A stretch of DNA of 32,000 nt. It comes from Candidatus Baldrarchaeota archaeon (GTDB lineage Archaea; Asgardarchaeota; Baldrarchaeia; Baldrarchaeales; DXJG01). Made by a program: the position numbers and the translations under genes. Under the pieces are notes generated by a model. It saw only the letters and a list, made by a program, of their open reading frames with translations, was not told where the DNA came from and made no database searches. Within the stretch, counting starts at the first letter, position 1. Each line of letters begins with the position of its first letter. The DNA lies in contig DXJG01000002.1 in assembly GCA_019056805.1 (NCBI GenBank), positions 30,517 through 62,516 on the forward strand, in the 5' to 3' direction. Of this stretch, positions 8,347 through 18,117 are shown piece after piece.

Positions 8347-8913
8347 TTAAAAGGGGAGATTTGCTTGTCTTAAACGACTTTTTAAAAATTTAATTCCCTC
8401 GTCGACAGCTTTTAGGTTTATATTTCTCATAGATTCGGGAACAATATCAGTTATCGCTCTTTTTAATGAGTTTTCGGATACAATCTTTGTGAATCTAGCC
8501 GCCGCTGCAATAATAACAATATTAGCGACCATGCGATTTCCTATTACTTTCTCCGCGATCTCTATTGCCGGAACACCCAAAGTCTTAAGTTTTTTTCTTT
8601 TCGGAATATCTTTAACTAAGCTTTGCTCAAAAATGAGGTTTCCATCATCCTTTAGGTAAGGTAAATATCTTTTTAATCCATCTTGGCTCATTGCAATTAA
8701 TATGTCACATTTTCTAACCTTTGGATAATTTATTTTTTTGTCATTCATTATAATTTCGCTCTTCGCAGCAGTGCCACGAGCCTCTGCACCATAACTTTGA
8801 GTTTGGACGACTTCCTTATTTTCGTAAATAGCTGCAGCTCTAGCTAAAATTCTACCAGCTAGTACGACTCCCATTCCGCCAATTCCAACAATTATAATCT
8901 CAATTCTTGTCAT
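8347..8913 (-). CDS. korC: 2-oxoacid:ferredoxin oxidoreductase gamma subunit
   Basis: GIGGMGVVLAG, TQSYGAEARG motifs; last gene of the alpha-beta-gamma operon. Confidence 0.9.
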   Translation of the reverse strand: MTRIEIIIVGIGGMGVVLAGRILARAAAIYENKEVVQTQSYGAEARGTAAKSEIIMNDKKINYPKVRKCDILIAMSQDGLKRYLPYLKDDGNLIFEQSLVKDIPKRKKLKTLGVPAIEIAEKVIGNRMVANIVIIAAAARFTKIVSENSLKRAITDIVPESMRNINLKAVDEGIKFLKSRLRQANLPF

Positions 8914-9733
8914 TGTTTTCCCTCACTAAACGAATTATCTTATAGATATTGCTAATAAACCCAGGTCTATCTCTATCTGCAAACTCTCCAACTATAATCT
9001 TATCTTCTGTTTCTTTTACATTCTGAGCTTGGTTAATATGAATACTTTGTTTTTGAAACCATTTCATAAGATCTATACCTGTAGGTTTACCTATTCTTCT
9101 TCCAAAAGCTGTAGGACACTGCGAAACAACTTCTATAAAGCGAAACCCCTCCTTTTTTAATGCCTTCTTTATCGATCTAATAAGTTGCCTTACGTGCACA
9201 GTTGTCCACCGTGCCACAAAATTCGCTCCAGCACTTTCAACTAATCTTACAAGATCAAAGGGATATTCAGGATTGCCATAAGGTGTAGTAGTAGTTGTAA
9301 CGCCGTGAAGCGTAGTGGGACCTACTTGACCACCAGTCATTCCATAATTGAGATTATTTATACAAATAACAAAAAGATCTATGTTTCTTCTCGCGGCGTG
9401 AATAAGATGATTACCCCCAATACCTACCAAATCTCCGTCTCCACTAATTACGACAACATTCAATTCTGGACGAGCTAACTTTAAGCCAGAAGCAAATGCA
9501 ATAGGTCTTCCATGAGTAGTATGAAGCGAATCAGACCTAAAGTATGGAGATACGCACCAAGCAGCACATCCTATTCCAGATACAAAAGCAAAATTAGATA
9601 AATCACGAGAACCAGTTTCTTCTAGTGCTTTTAGAAAGCAGTTTATTACAATTCCGTTACCACATCCAGGACAAAATGCCGTAGGTAATACTTCTTCCCG
9701 TAAAAACTTTAAAGCAAAATGTTTATTAGTCAT
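8900..9733 (-). CDS. korB: 2-oxoacid:ferredoxin oxidoreductase beta subunit
   Basis: FCPGCG, SGIGC, TPP-binding GDGD...NN, YGMTGGQ motifs. Confidence 0.93.
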   Translation of the reverse strand: MTNKHFALKFLREEVLPTAFCPGCGNGIVINCFLKALEETGSRDLSNFAFVSGIGCAAWCVSPYFRSDSLHTTHGRPIAFASGLKLARPELNVVVISGDGDLVGIGGNHLIHAARRNIDLFVICINNLNYGMTGGQVGPTTLHGVTTTTTPYGNPEYPFDLVRLVESAGANFVARWTTVHVRQLIRSIKKALKKEGFRFIEVVSQCPTAFGRRIGKPTGIDLMKWFQKQSIHINQAQNVKETEDKIIVGEFADRDRPGFISNIYKIIRLVRENNDKN

Positions 9734-10908
9734 TACACCGCCCTCCTTCTCAGAAACCTCTTTATCTCAGAAAGTATTTCTTCTGGTGTTATCATTTCTC
9801 CTCCACCAATTTTTGATATAGCTTTAACATGTGCTTCACAGCCCGCAACTCTTTCTACTTCATATACTAATTGCCCAAGGTTCATTTCAGGAACTAAAAT
9901 AAAATTCACTTTTTCCGCTAATTTTCTTACAATTTTTTCGGGAAAGGGCCAAATAGTTCGTAGCCTTACATGACCGACCGTTATACCTTCTCGCCCCGCT
10001 AATTCAATAGCATCATAAACTGATCGTGAAGTGCAACCAAATGAAACAATACCTATATCTGCGTTCTCAATGTTTTGTATTTCAACATCAATTATTTTTT
10101 CCGCATTTTTTCTGATTTTATTTACAATTCGTGTCACAAGTTTTCTATGTACTTCAGGATCAACAGTTTTCCTATATCCATATTTGTCATGTGTAGACCC
10201 AGTAATTAAAAGATTATAACCATCTCCTATTCGAGGCATAGGAGGAATTTCAGTTTCACCTACACCGCCAAAAACGGGTTCGCTAAAGGAACTAGGTTTT
10301 TTTCTATTATATATTTCTATTTTTTCAGGAGGAGGAACGTGTACTTTTTCCCACATGTGCCCTATGATCTCATCTGCTAAAATAATGACAGGAACTCTGT
10401 AGAGTTCAGATAAATTAAACGCTCTTATAGTTAAATCAAACATTTCCTGAGGAGAATTTGGAGATAAAACGATAACTTCATGATCACCATGCGTCCCCCA
10501 TCTAGCCTGCATGACATCCCCTTGGGCTGCCTTTGTAGCTTGACCAGTACTCGGCCCAACACGTTGAATATCGACAATAACGCAAGGAGTTTCAGTCATG
10601 CAAGCATAACCAATATTTTCCTGCATTAGACTGAATCCCGGACCAGATGTCGCAGTCATAGCTTTTAATCCGCCCCAAGAGGCCCCAATCACAGCGGATA
10701 TGGACGCAATTTCATCTTCCATTTGAACGTATATACCTCCAACTTCTGGCAGCCTTTTAGCCATGTGTTCAGTAATTTCAGAAGCTGGAGTTATAGGATA
10801 ACCAGCAAAAAATCTGCAACCAGCAGCTATTGCACCTTCCGCACATGCTATATCTCCTTGCCAAAAGTGTGTACCGCTCAAAACCTGTTTATCTTGTTTG
10901 TTAATCAT
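9733..10908 (-). CDS. korA: 2-oxoacid:ferredoxin oxidoreductase alpha subunit
   Basis: AGYPITP, QMEDE, TSGPG, QRVGPSTG motifs. Substrate specificity cannot be determined from the sequence by eye. Confidence 0.93.
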   Translation of the reverse strand: MINKQDKQVLSGTHFWQGDIACAEGAIAAGCRFFAGYPITPASEITEHMAKRLPEVGGIYVQMEDEIASISAVIGASWGGLKAMTATSGPGFSLMQENIGYACMTETPCVIVDIQRVGPSTGQATKAAQGDVMQARWGTHGDHEVIVLSPNSPQEMFDLTIRAFNLSELYRVPVIILADEIIGHMWEKVHVPPPEKIEIYNRKKPSSFSEPVFGGVGETEIPPMPRIGDGYNLLITGSTHDKYGYRKTVDPEVHRKLVTRIVNKIRKNAEKIIDVEIQNIENADIGIVSFGCTSRSVYDAIELAGREGITVGHVRLRTIWPFPEKIVRKLAEKVNFILVPEMNLGQLVYEVERVAGCEAHVKAISKIGGGEMITPEEILSEIKRFLRRRAV

Positions 10909-11071
10909 TTTAACACCTCTAGCACTAATGCATAAATTGCCTTCTTTGTCAACAAAATAAATTTACCTACATTTTTAATTTATAATTAAGGATTAAATTT
11001 ATGGTTATAATTTTGACTACCATACCAAACAAATCTAACGTTCCAGTAGCTCAATTCTCCAGAACATTGAG

Positions 11072-13249
11072 GTGAAAGGGTTGGCAAAACGTAGAGTTGT
11101 TGAAGAAGTGTTAAAAATCATGAACAAGAAAGAACAAATCAGAAATATAGGGATAATTGCTCACATAGACCATGGAAAAACTACTCTTACAGATTCTCTC
11201 CTAGCCGGAGCCGGTTTACTTTCTCCAACTCTTGCTGGCCAAGTTAGAGCACTAGACTACATGGAAGAAGAACAAAGACGTGGTATAACAATAAAAACCG
11301 CAAACATATCCCTTCTTCACAAGCTAGAAAATAAAAGGTACGTTATAAATCTTGTTGACACACCTGGACATGTAGATTTTTCAGGTAAAGTTACTAGAGC
11401 ACTTAGAGCAATTGACGGAGTAGTAGTTGTTGTCGATGCAGTTGAAGAAATAATGGTACAAACTGAAACAGTAACAAGACAAGCATTAGAAGAAAGAGTG
11501 AAACCCGTTCTTTTCATAAACAAGATCGATAGACTTATAAAAGAACTAAAACTTTCACCAGAAAAAATCAAAGAAAAATTGGAAAGGATAATCCAGAATT
11601 TTAATACACTCATTGAAAATTTTGGAGAAACCCTCTTCAAAAAGAAGTGGAAAGTTAAGCCGGAGGATGGATCAGTTATCTTCGGAAGTGCACTTCATAA
11701 ATGGGGATTCACAATCCCTATAATCAACGAATTGGGGTTAAAATTTAAAGATATAATTAAATATTACCAAGAAGAGAATATAAACGAGTTACAAGAAATT
11801 TTACCACTTCATAAGGCTATACTAAGTGCGGTAGTGAAACATTTACCTAATCCTATTATGGCACAGCAATACAGAATACCAAAAATATGGCATGGAAGTC
11901 TCGAATCAGAAATTGGACAAGCGATGTTACGTTGTGACGATAACGGACCGATGATGTTCTGTGTTACTAAAGTGGTTATAGATCCTCACGCAAAACTAGT
12001 GGCAACAGGAAGGATATTTTCAGGAACAATAAAGGAAGGGCAGGAAGTTTACTTATTAAATGCAAAAGAATCGTGCAGAATACAACAAGTAGGCATGTAC
12101 ATGGGAGCTATTAGAGAAATTGTTAAAGAAATTCCAGCAGGAAATATAGCAGCAATAACTGGTCCAGAAAGAATCAGATCTGGAGAAACTGTAGTTGAAT
12201 TAGGATACGAAACAAAAAGTATGCCTTTTGAAGAAATAAAATATATCACGGAACCAGTGGTAACATTAACGATTGAACCTGAAAAACCACAGTATCTTCC
12301 TAGAATGGTAGAATTTCTAAAAAAATTATCAATACAAGATCCAAACCTACTAATTTCAATAAACGAGGAAACCGGAGAATATCTATTATCAGGAATTGGA
12401 GAACTCCATCTCGAAATAGCAATAAAGGAACTAGAAAAATTAGGAGTAGAAGTAATGACATCACAACCTATTGTTGTATACAGAGAAACAATTAGAACAC
12501 AGGGAGGACCAGTAATCGTAAATAGCATTAATGAATTAAATTCCGTTGTACTTAAAGTTGAACCTTTGGACAAAAAGATACTAAACTTCTTATTAGAAGG
12601 TCGTCTTACTCAAAAAGAAGATAAATCGGTTATTAAGATCTTAACTAAAAAGATGAAACCATATTTTAAAAATACCGAGCAGATATGGGCTATCGAAAAA
12701 CATGGAAACATCCTAATTTATGAAGGAGAAATAAACGAAGAAATTGCAAACGTAAAGAACTCGGTTATTACCGGATTTAAATGGGCATGCGAATCAGGAC
12801 CACTTTGCAGCGAACCTCTACGAGGATTAAAAGTAGTAATTCAAGAATTAAAAGTGCATAAAAACCCAGAACTGAGAGACTCCTCCCAGATAATACCCAT
12901 GATCAAGAATGCTATATTTAAAGCAATACTTGCAGATAATCCCACAATTTTAGAACCCATATATAAAATACAAATTAGAACTCCACCCGAAACGATGAAA
13001 AACGTACTAAGCGTATTATCGCAGCGAAGAAGCGATATACTTAACATAGAACATCGGGGATTTGATGCATTTATAACAGCAACAATCCCAGTCGGCGAAA
13101 GTTTTGGGCTTGCAGCTGAACTTAGATCAAAAACATCTGGAAGAGCGTTCTGGCAAATGCAATTTTCAAGCTGGGAAGAATTACCGGAAAACATAGTAAA
13201 CCAAGTAATTAACGAAGTAAGAAAGAGAAAAGGTATGAGGGTCGAATAA
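11072..13249 (+). CDS. Elongation factor 2 paralog (aEF-2p-like), lacking the diphthamide His
   Basis: G1 AHIDHGKTT, RGITI, G3 DTPGH, G4 NKID, GIGELHLE, C-terminal RKRKG; domain IV loop reads ELRDSSQII instead of the canonical HRGxxQII. Confidence 0.9.
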   Translation: MKGLAKRRVVEEVLKIMNKKEQIRNIGIIAHIDHGKTTLTDSLLAGAGLLSPTLAGQVRALDYMEEEQRRGITIKTANISLLHKLENKRYVINLVDTPGHVDFSGKVTRALRAIDGVVVVVDAVEEIMVQTETVTRQALEERVKPVLFINKIDRLIKELKLSPEKIKEKLERIIQNFNTLIENFGETLFKKKWKVKPEDGSVIFGSALHKWGFTIPIINELGLKFKDIIKYYQEENINELQEILPLHKAILSAVVKHLPNPIMAQQYRIPKIWHGSLESEIGQAMLRCDDNGPMMFCVTKVVIDPHAKLVATGRIFSGTIKEGQEVYLLNAKESCRIQQVGMYMGAIREIVKEIPAGNIAAITGPERIRSGETVVELGYETKSMPFEEIKYITEPVVTLTIEPEKPQYLPRMVEFLKKLSIQDPNLLISINEETGEYLLSGIGELHLEIAIKELEKLGVEVMTSQPIVVYRETIRTQGGPVIVNSINELNSVVLKVEPLDKKILNFLLEGRLTQKEDKSVIKILTKKMKPYFKNTEQIWAIEKHGNILIYEGEINEEIANVKNSVITGFKWACESGPLCSEPLRGLKVVIQELKVHKNPELRDSSQIIPMIKNAIFKAILADNPTILEPIYKIQIRTPPETMKNVLSVLSQRRSDILNIEHRGFDAFITATIPVGESFGLAAELRSKTSGRAFWQMQFSSWEELPENIVNQVINEVRKRKGMRVE

Positions 13250-13467
13250 CCTATAAACTAAACCATATTTCATTTCTATTTCCTAAAGTTGATCATAAAA
13301 ATATTTTTAGTGATCTCATATTTATCTTTGCTATTAAATATGTGTTTTAAATCTACTTAATGATAAAACCTCAAAATAGGGAGTGTATTATTCTCCACAA
13401 TTATAGCATATATTATGTTTATAAAAACATAAAAAATAAAACATAAAGTGCCTTAAGATAGAATTAG

Positions 13468-13545
13468 GCGGGGCTAGTCTAGCCTGGTCTAGGACGCCGG
13501 CCTCCCAAGCCGGTTACCCGGGTTCAAATCCCGGGCCCCGCACCA
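13468..13545 (+). tRNA. tRNA-Gly(CCC), intronless, encoded CCA
   Basis: GCGGGGC/GCCCCGC acceptor stem, CCGGC-CT-CCC-AA-GCCGG anticodon arm, CCGGG-TTCAAAT-CCCGG T arm, ACCA end. Confidence 0.97.
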
Positions 13546-13609
13546 ATTATTTATCAAAGGGATAGGAGAAATAGGATAATTTTACTTGAATAAAATTTTT
13601 ATAACCAGA

Positions 13610-14098
13610 TTATAGGTTTATTTCTGTTGTTTCCTTTTCTGTGCTGAGTACAACACATGTAAGTGTCTTTTCTACCCCTTTAACTAATCTTAACCTGTCT
13701 ACAATGAATTTTCCTAGTTCTTCTACGTCTTTTACTTTGACTTTGAGTAGAAGATCCCAGTTCCCAGTTATGATGTGAACTTCTTGAACTTCTGGGAATT
13801 TCGCTATTTTCTTTGCTACTTCTCTTTGTGATATTTGTTGTTCTGTCTTAGGTGTTTGATAGGTAAATGACACTAAGATAAAGGCAGTTGTGTTTTTCCC
13901 CAATTTTTCCGCATTCAGGACTGCTTTATATCCTTTGATTATTCCTTGTTTTTCTAATCGTTTTATCCTTGCAAAAACTGTTGTTATCGGAGAGTTTATT
14001 CTTTTTGCTATTTCTCTAGCTGTTAATTTACAGTTCTCTTGAATTAAATTTAATATTTTTATATCTTTTTCATCTAGTTTCATTTTTCTCATCTGCAA
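13610..14098 (-). CDS. Lrp/AsnC family transcriptional regulator
   Basis: LDEKDIKILNLIQEN...HTH...RIKRLEKQGIIKGY; C-terminal RAM domain (VHIITGNWDLLLKV). Start could be ATG 14092 or ATG 14083. Confidence 0.93.
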   Translation of the reverse strand: MQMRKMKLDEKDIKILNLIQENCKLTAREIAKRINSPITTVFARIKRLEKQGIIKGYKAVLNAEKLGKNTTAFILVSFTYQTPKTEQQISQREVAKKIAKFPEVQEVHIITGNWDLLLKVKVKDVEELGKFIVDRLRLVKGVEKTLTCVVLSTEKETTEINL

Positions 14099-14239
14099 TA
14101 ATTACATATAAACCTATATATTTTTAGCTATTTTTTCAATTTTCACATATATTTCGTAAAAAATTTAATATAAGTTGATATCGAAGTTGTAGAGATAATT
14201 CGACCATAAAGGAGTATGGAATTTTATTATTTTGTTCTT

Positions 14240-14257
14240 AAGTTCTCTATGGAACTT
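14240..14257. promoter_or_regulatory. Inverted repeat AAGTTC-N6-GAACTT in the lrp/cdc6 divergent intergenic region
   Basis: Perfect 6-bp arms seen directly; function (operator or origin recognition box) unknown. Confidence 0.35.
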
Positions 14258-14514
14258 GAAGATTGGGTATAAATAATAAATATTTGAGAAATGGGGGTTA
14301 TATTTTGTTTTCAGATCTCAAGATCTTCTTCATAGCTCTTGCTCTGTGGGGCTGGATTTCAACATCTTGGGGTAAAGGCATCCAGTACTATTTTTGCGTA
14401 TTAACTAATTAAATATATTACTTTCGGCTAACTCTCCCTTAGTAATACAATTAAAGGCACATGTATCATAATAAAGTAATAGATGGTAGTTAAGAAAAAT
14501 GTGAGGAGACAATT

Positions 14515-15702
14515 TTGTCAAAAGATGTATTCGAAGAAGAACTAGGAAGACCTTCAATCTTTAAAGATGAATCAAAACTTTCAATAGACTACGTACCTCC
14601 CTCGCTTCCACACAGAGAAAAAGAACTTAGAACACTAGTTAGGACTTTTAAAATTTTACTTGAAAAACCTGGAAGCAAAAGTTGTAAGATACTAATTTCT
14701 GGAAGCGTAGGTACAGGAAAAACGGCTTTAGCGAAACTTTTTGGAAAATTGATATCTAACGAAGCACAACAACGCGGTGTTAACCTCCATTATATTCACA
14801 TAAATTGTAGACGAGATAAAACAGAATTTTTAGTCCTAAAAAGAATCGTACATTATTTTAATCCCAGTTTTCCAACAAGGGGTTTTTCTCCAGAGGAACT
14901 TCTTTTCGCCCTACAAAAAACTTTAGATAATCATGAAGCATTTCTCCTAATAACTCTAGATGAACTTGATTTTTATATTAAAAAAAGTGGACCCGAACTA
15001 CTATATGACCTAACAAGACTTTACGAAGAAAAATTGAATGCTACACAAAGAATTTCGTTGATCGGTATAGCGAAAGATATCTCTTGGATGAGTTTAATAG
15101 ATTCTAGTACACTAAGCACGCTACAACAAAATGTTTTATATTTAGCTAGATACACTGCCTCGCAATTAAGAGACATTTTAGAAATGAGAGTAAAAGAAGC
15201 ATTTTATGAAGGATGTGTGTCAGAAGATGCTATTAACTTAATTGCTGATATTGCAGCAGAATGGGGAGACGCTAGATACTCTCTGGAACTTCTTTGGAGA
15301 GCAGGAAAATATGCTGAGGCAGAAGGGGAGTTCAGAGTTTTACCTGAACATGTCAGACAGGCAAATGCTGAAATTCATCCAGTTATAAGAAAAGAAATTT
15401 TACTTGACCTACCCCAACATCATAGACTTCTTCTTCTAGCTTTAGCAAGAAAATTAAAGAAAAACGAAAAAGCGTATGTAACTATGGGTGAAATCGAAGA
15501 TCTCTATCACATCGTATGCGAAGAATATGGGGAAAAACCACGAGGACACACCCAAATATGGAACTATATTCATGATCTAGAAAGCTGTGGAATTATAAAT
15601 ATAAAGCCTTCAGGACCGGGGCTTCGTGGGAAAACAACACTCATAAGTTTACCAGATGTTCCTGCAACACTCTTAGAAAAGGAACTAATGTCCTTACTTT
15701 GA
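14515..15702 (+). CDS. cdc6: Orc1/Cdc6 replication initiator
   Basis: SIDYVPPSLPHRE, Walker A GSVGTGKT, HINCR, Walker B LDELD, GDARYSLELL, C-terminal winged helix. Confidence 0.95.
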   Translation: MSKDVFEEELGRPSIFKDESKLSIDYVPPSLPHREKELRTLVRTFKILLEKPGSKSCKILISGSVGTGKTALAKLFGKLISNEAQQRGVNLHYIHINCRRDKTEFLVLKRIVHYFNPSFPTRGFSPEELLFALQKTLDNHEAFLLITLDELDFYIKKSGPELLYDLTRLYEEKLNATQRISLIGIAKDISWMSLIDSSTLSTLQQNVLYLARYTASQLRDILEMRVKEAFYEGCVSEDAINLIADIAAEWGDARYSLELLWRAGKYAEAEGEFRVLPEHVRQANAEIHPVIRKEILLDLPQHHRLLLLALARKLKKNEKAYVTMGEIEDLYHIVCEEYGEKPRGHTQIWNYIHDLESCGIINIKPSGPGLRGKTTLISLPDVPATLLEKELMSLL

Positions 15703-15995
15703 AGGTGAAAACTATGAGCATGCAAAATGAAAAACTACAAATAGAGAACGTTCTCTCATCTCGTGGAAGGGTAAAAATTATAAAAATACTTGCAAAAGAA
15801 GAGGAACTAAATATTTCAGAAATTGCGAAAAGAGCTGGACTTAATCATAGCACTGTTGTACAACATCTAGAATATCTATGTAAAGTAGGTCTTATTCAAG
15901 AAAAAACATTCGGTCGCATTAGAATTTATAGATTAAGAACCGAAAACACGAAAGTTAGAGCTTTAAAAACACTTTTTTCGCTCTGGGAAAGCTAA
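15699..15995 (+). CDS. Small winged-helix (ArsR-like) DNA-binding protein
   Basis: LNISEIAKRAGLNHSTVVQHLEYL..VGLI..KTFGRIRIY wHTH pattern; GTG 15699 overlaps the cdc6 stop, ATG 15714 is an alternative start. Confidence 0.8.
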   Translation: MKVKTMSMQNEKLQIENVLSSRGRVKIIKILAKEEELNISEIAKRAGLNHSTVVQHLEYLCKVGLIQEKTFGRIRIYRLRTENTKVRALKTLFSLWES

Positions 15996-16029
15996 TAAAC
16001 ACATTCTACTCATTCTGGAGGGGTTCTAA

Positions 16030-16866
16030 ATACCCAGATACGCCTTCAAATTAGCTTATCTCGGTACAAAATACAGTGGATACCAAAGACAACGTCATGC
16101 AAGAACAATCGAGGGAGAAATCATAAAGGCTTTCGAAAAACGTGGACTAATTCAAAAAAACAAACTTAAGCAACTTAAATACGAATACGCAAGCAGAACA
16201 GATGCACTTGTACATGCAACAAGCCAAGTAATAGCACTCACGCTTCCCATTAAAATAAGCATAACAGAAATAGACGAAGTAAACTCTCTTCTTCCCAGAG
16301 ACATAAAAATCATAGGTTACACGCAAGTATCTCCCAGTTTTAGTCCAAGATATGATGCAATTTACAGACATTACAAGTACATAACCCCGCATAAAAAAGA
16401 AAACTTAACTTTAATGAAATATTTTTCGAAACTAATTTTAGGAATTCACGACTTCAAAAAAATCTCAAGTCGAAAAACAACAAAAAATACACTTAGAAGG
16501 CTTATTGTAATAAACATTAAAAAGCATGAGAATTTTTTACACATAGATATCATAGGAAGAAGTTTCTGTCGTGGAATGATAAGAAAAATAATATCGTTAT
16601 TAATAGAGGCCGGAAAAGGAAACATAAAATACAACGATTTGTCTTTGTTGCTAAACCCAATAATTACCAAAACATTAGCCTTAAAACACGCTTCTCCTAG
16701 CAACCTAATACTATACGATATAAAATATTCAGTAACTTTTCACCGAGTCTCAAAAGCAATAGCCGAACTTATCGACCACATTAATTACGAACTTAACAAC
16801 AACGAACTATCAGAACAAATATTTATGTCTTTTAAATCATATCTTGCTAAAAATCAATTACTTTAA
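16030..16866 (+). CDS. truA: tRNA pseudouridine(38-40) synthase TruA, 278 aa; the ORF track shows only the 3' part (16414-16866)
   Basis: Open frame from ATA 16030 gives (M)PRYAFKLAYLGTKYSGYQRQ...SRTDALVHA...RHYKY...FCRGMIRKI; in-frame TAA at 16027-16029; GGAGGGG RBS at 16017-16023. Confidence 0.88.
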   Translation: MPRYAFKLAYLGTKYSGYQRQRHARTIEGEIIKAFEKRGLIQKNKLKQLKYEYASRTDALVHATSQVIALTLPIKISITEIDEVNSLLPRDIKIIGYTQVSPSFSPRYDAIYRHYKYITPHKKENLTLMKYFSKLILGIHDFKKISSRKTTKNTLRRLIVINIKKHENFLHIDIIGRSFCRGMIRKIISLLIEAGKGNIKYNDLSLLLNPIITKTLALKHASPSNLILYDIKYSVTFHRVSKAIAELIDHINYELNNNELSEQIFMSFKSYLAKNQLL

Positions 16867-18111
16867 CAGTTTTATTATTTCTTTTGAAGTCTTATCAGTA
16901 CCCACAATAAAAGCAATTTCTTCTTCATTAAATCTAAACCACTTAGCTAACTTCGCTCCCATCTCCGGATTATTTTTAAATATAACCCTTATAAATGGCA
17001 AAAACTCATTAATAGCCCTTACTACCGAAGTATGACATCTTTTCTTAATTTTTTCTCCAATGCTTTTTTGCAGATCTCTTTTTCCTTTTGTTGCTTTCAT
17101 CTCTTTAAGCCATGTAGGAAAATTATATTTAACAAATCTAAATTTAGATTTATCACGCGCCAAAGCCACACCAGCTGACATAAGCTCAAGCGCATAAGGT
17201 AGAAGTTTCCAATTTTGTTCCCGTTTAATCCTCCCAAGAAATACATCTGCACGCGAAAGAGCATCATAAGCTTTTGCTAATTCTACAACATCTTCCATAT
17301 GATGAGGGATATTTTCATTTATCCAATACATAAGCATCTCATAATCAACATCCGCTGTACTTAAAGCAAATGTAGCCGTTTTAGCCGTTTTAGCTGAAAA
17401 AAGCATCCTTAAAACTTCAAAAACATTCTTTTCTCTATCTCTCCGAGCAAGAATACTTAACATATCCTTTGTCAAACGTTTTCTTCCTTCTGCTAATGCT
17501 TGAAGATCATTTATAGCGGAACGAAGATCACCCTCAGCATTCTTTGCAATTTCTTTCAAAATCTCCGCGTCAGCAATAATTCCTTCTTTCTGACAAATCG
17601 AACGAAGAACCTTAACAATATCCCACATAGTTAGTCTTTTATATTCTATAAGTTCACAATACCGTCTTAGTGAAGCAAATCGAGGATCCCACGGATCATT
17701 TGCAGTAAGAACAACAGGAAATCTCGAACTTTTGATAACATCTATAATAGCTCCAAGTCCACCTCTATCCTCCTTGCCACTAAGACCATCAATTTCATCA
17801 ATTAAAACAATTTTCCCTTTCTTGGCAAAAAGAGAGGATTGCATAGCAGCAGAACCGGCGACACGCATAACACTTCGAACATTCCTCGTATCACTAGCGT
17901 TCATTTCAATAACTTCGTAACCTAACTCATTTGCAACGGCATAAACACTAACGGTTTTCCCAGTACCAGGTGGACCGTAAAGTAAAATTCCTTTACTACC
18001 AGGTTTCCATTCTCTCACAAGTTTCAATAATTTCATAGCAGCATCAGTATTTTTAACTATTTCAGAAATCCTTCTTGGAGCATATTTCTCTGTCCAGGGA
18101 ACAACACTCAA
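16858..18111 (-). CDS. rfcL: Replication factor C large subunit
   Basis: [28 protein letters not shown]; C-terminal RFC1-like domain; TTG start. Confidence 0.95.
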   Translation of the reverse strand: MSVVPWTEKYAPRRISEIVKNTDAAMKLLKLVREWKPGSKGILLYGPPGTGKTVSVYAVANELGYEVIEMNASDTRNVRSVMRVAGSAAMQSSLFAKKGKIVLIDEIDGLSGKEDRGGLGAIIDVIKSSRFPVVLTANDPWDPRFASLRRYCELIEYKRLTMWDIVKVLRSICQKEGIIADAEILKEIAKNAEGDLRSAINDLQALAEGRKRLTKDMLSILARRDREKNVFEVLRMLFSAKTAKTATFALSTADVDYEMLMYWINENIPHHMEDVVELAKAYDALSRADVFLGRIKREQNWKLLPYALELMSAGVALARDKSKFRFVKYNFPTWLKEMKATKGKRDLQKSIGEKIKKRCHTSVVRAINEFLPFIRVIFKNNPEMGAKLAKWFRFNEEEIAFIVGTDKTSKEIIKLLK

Positions 18112-18117
18112 ACTATT

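Noticed and set aside
8347-10908. Missing delta (ferredoxin-like) subunit in the oxidoreductase operon
   Set aside because: Alpha-beta-gamma arrangements with delta encoded elsewhere are common; not unusual by itself.
16414-16866. 150-aa ORF suggesting a truncated or frameshifted truA pseudogene
   Set aside because: The upstream 128 codons are open, in frame and contain the catalytic motif; the gene is intact with an ATA start.
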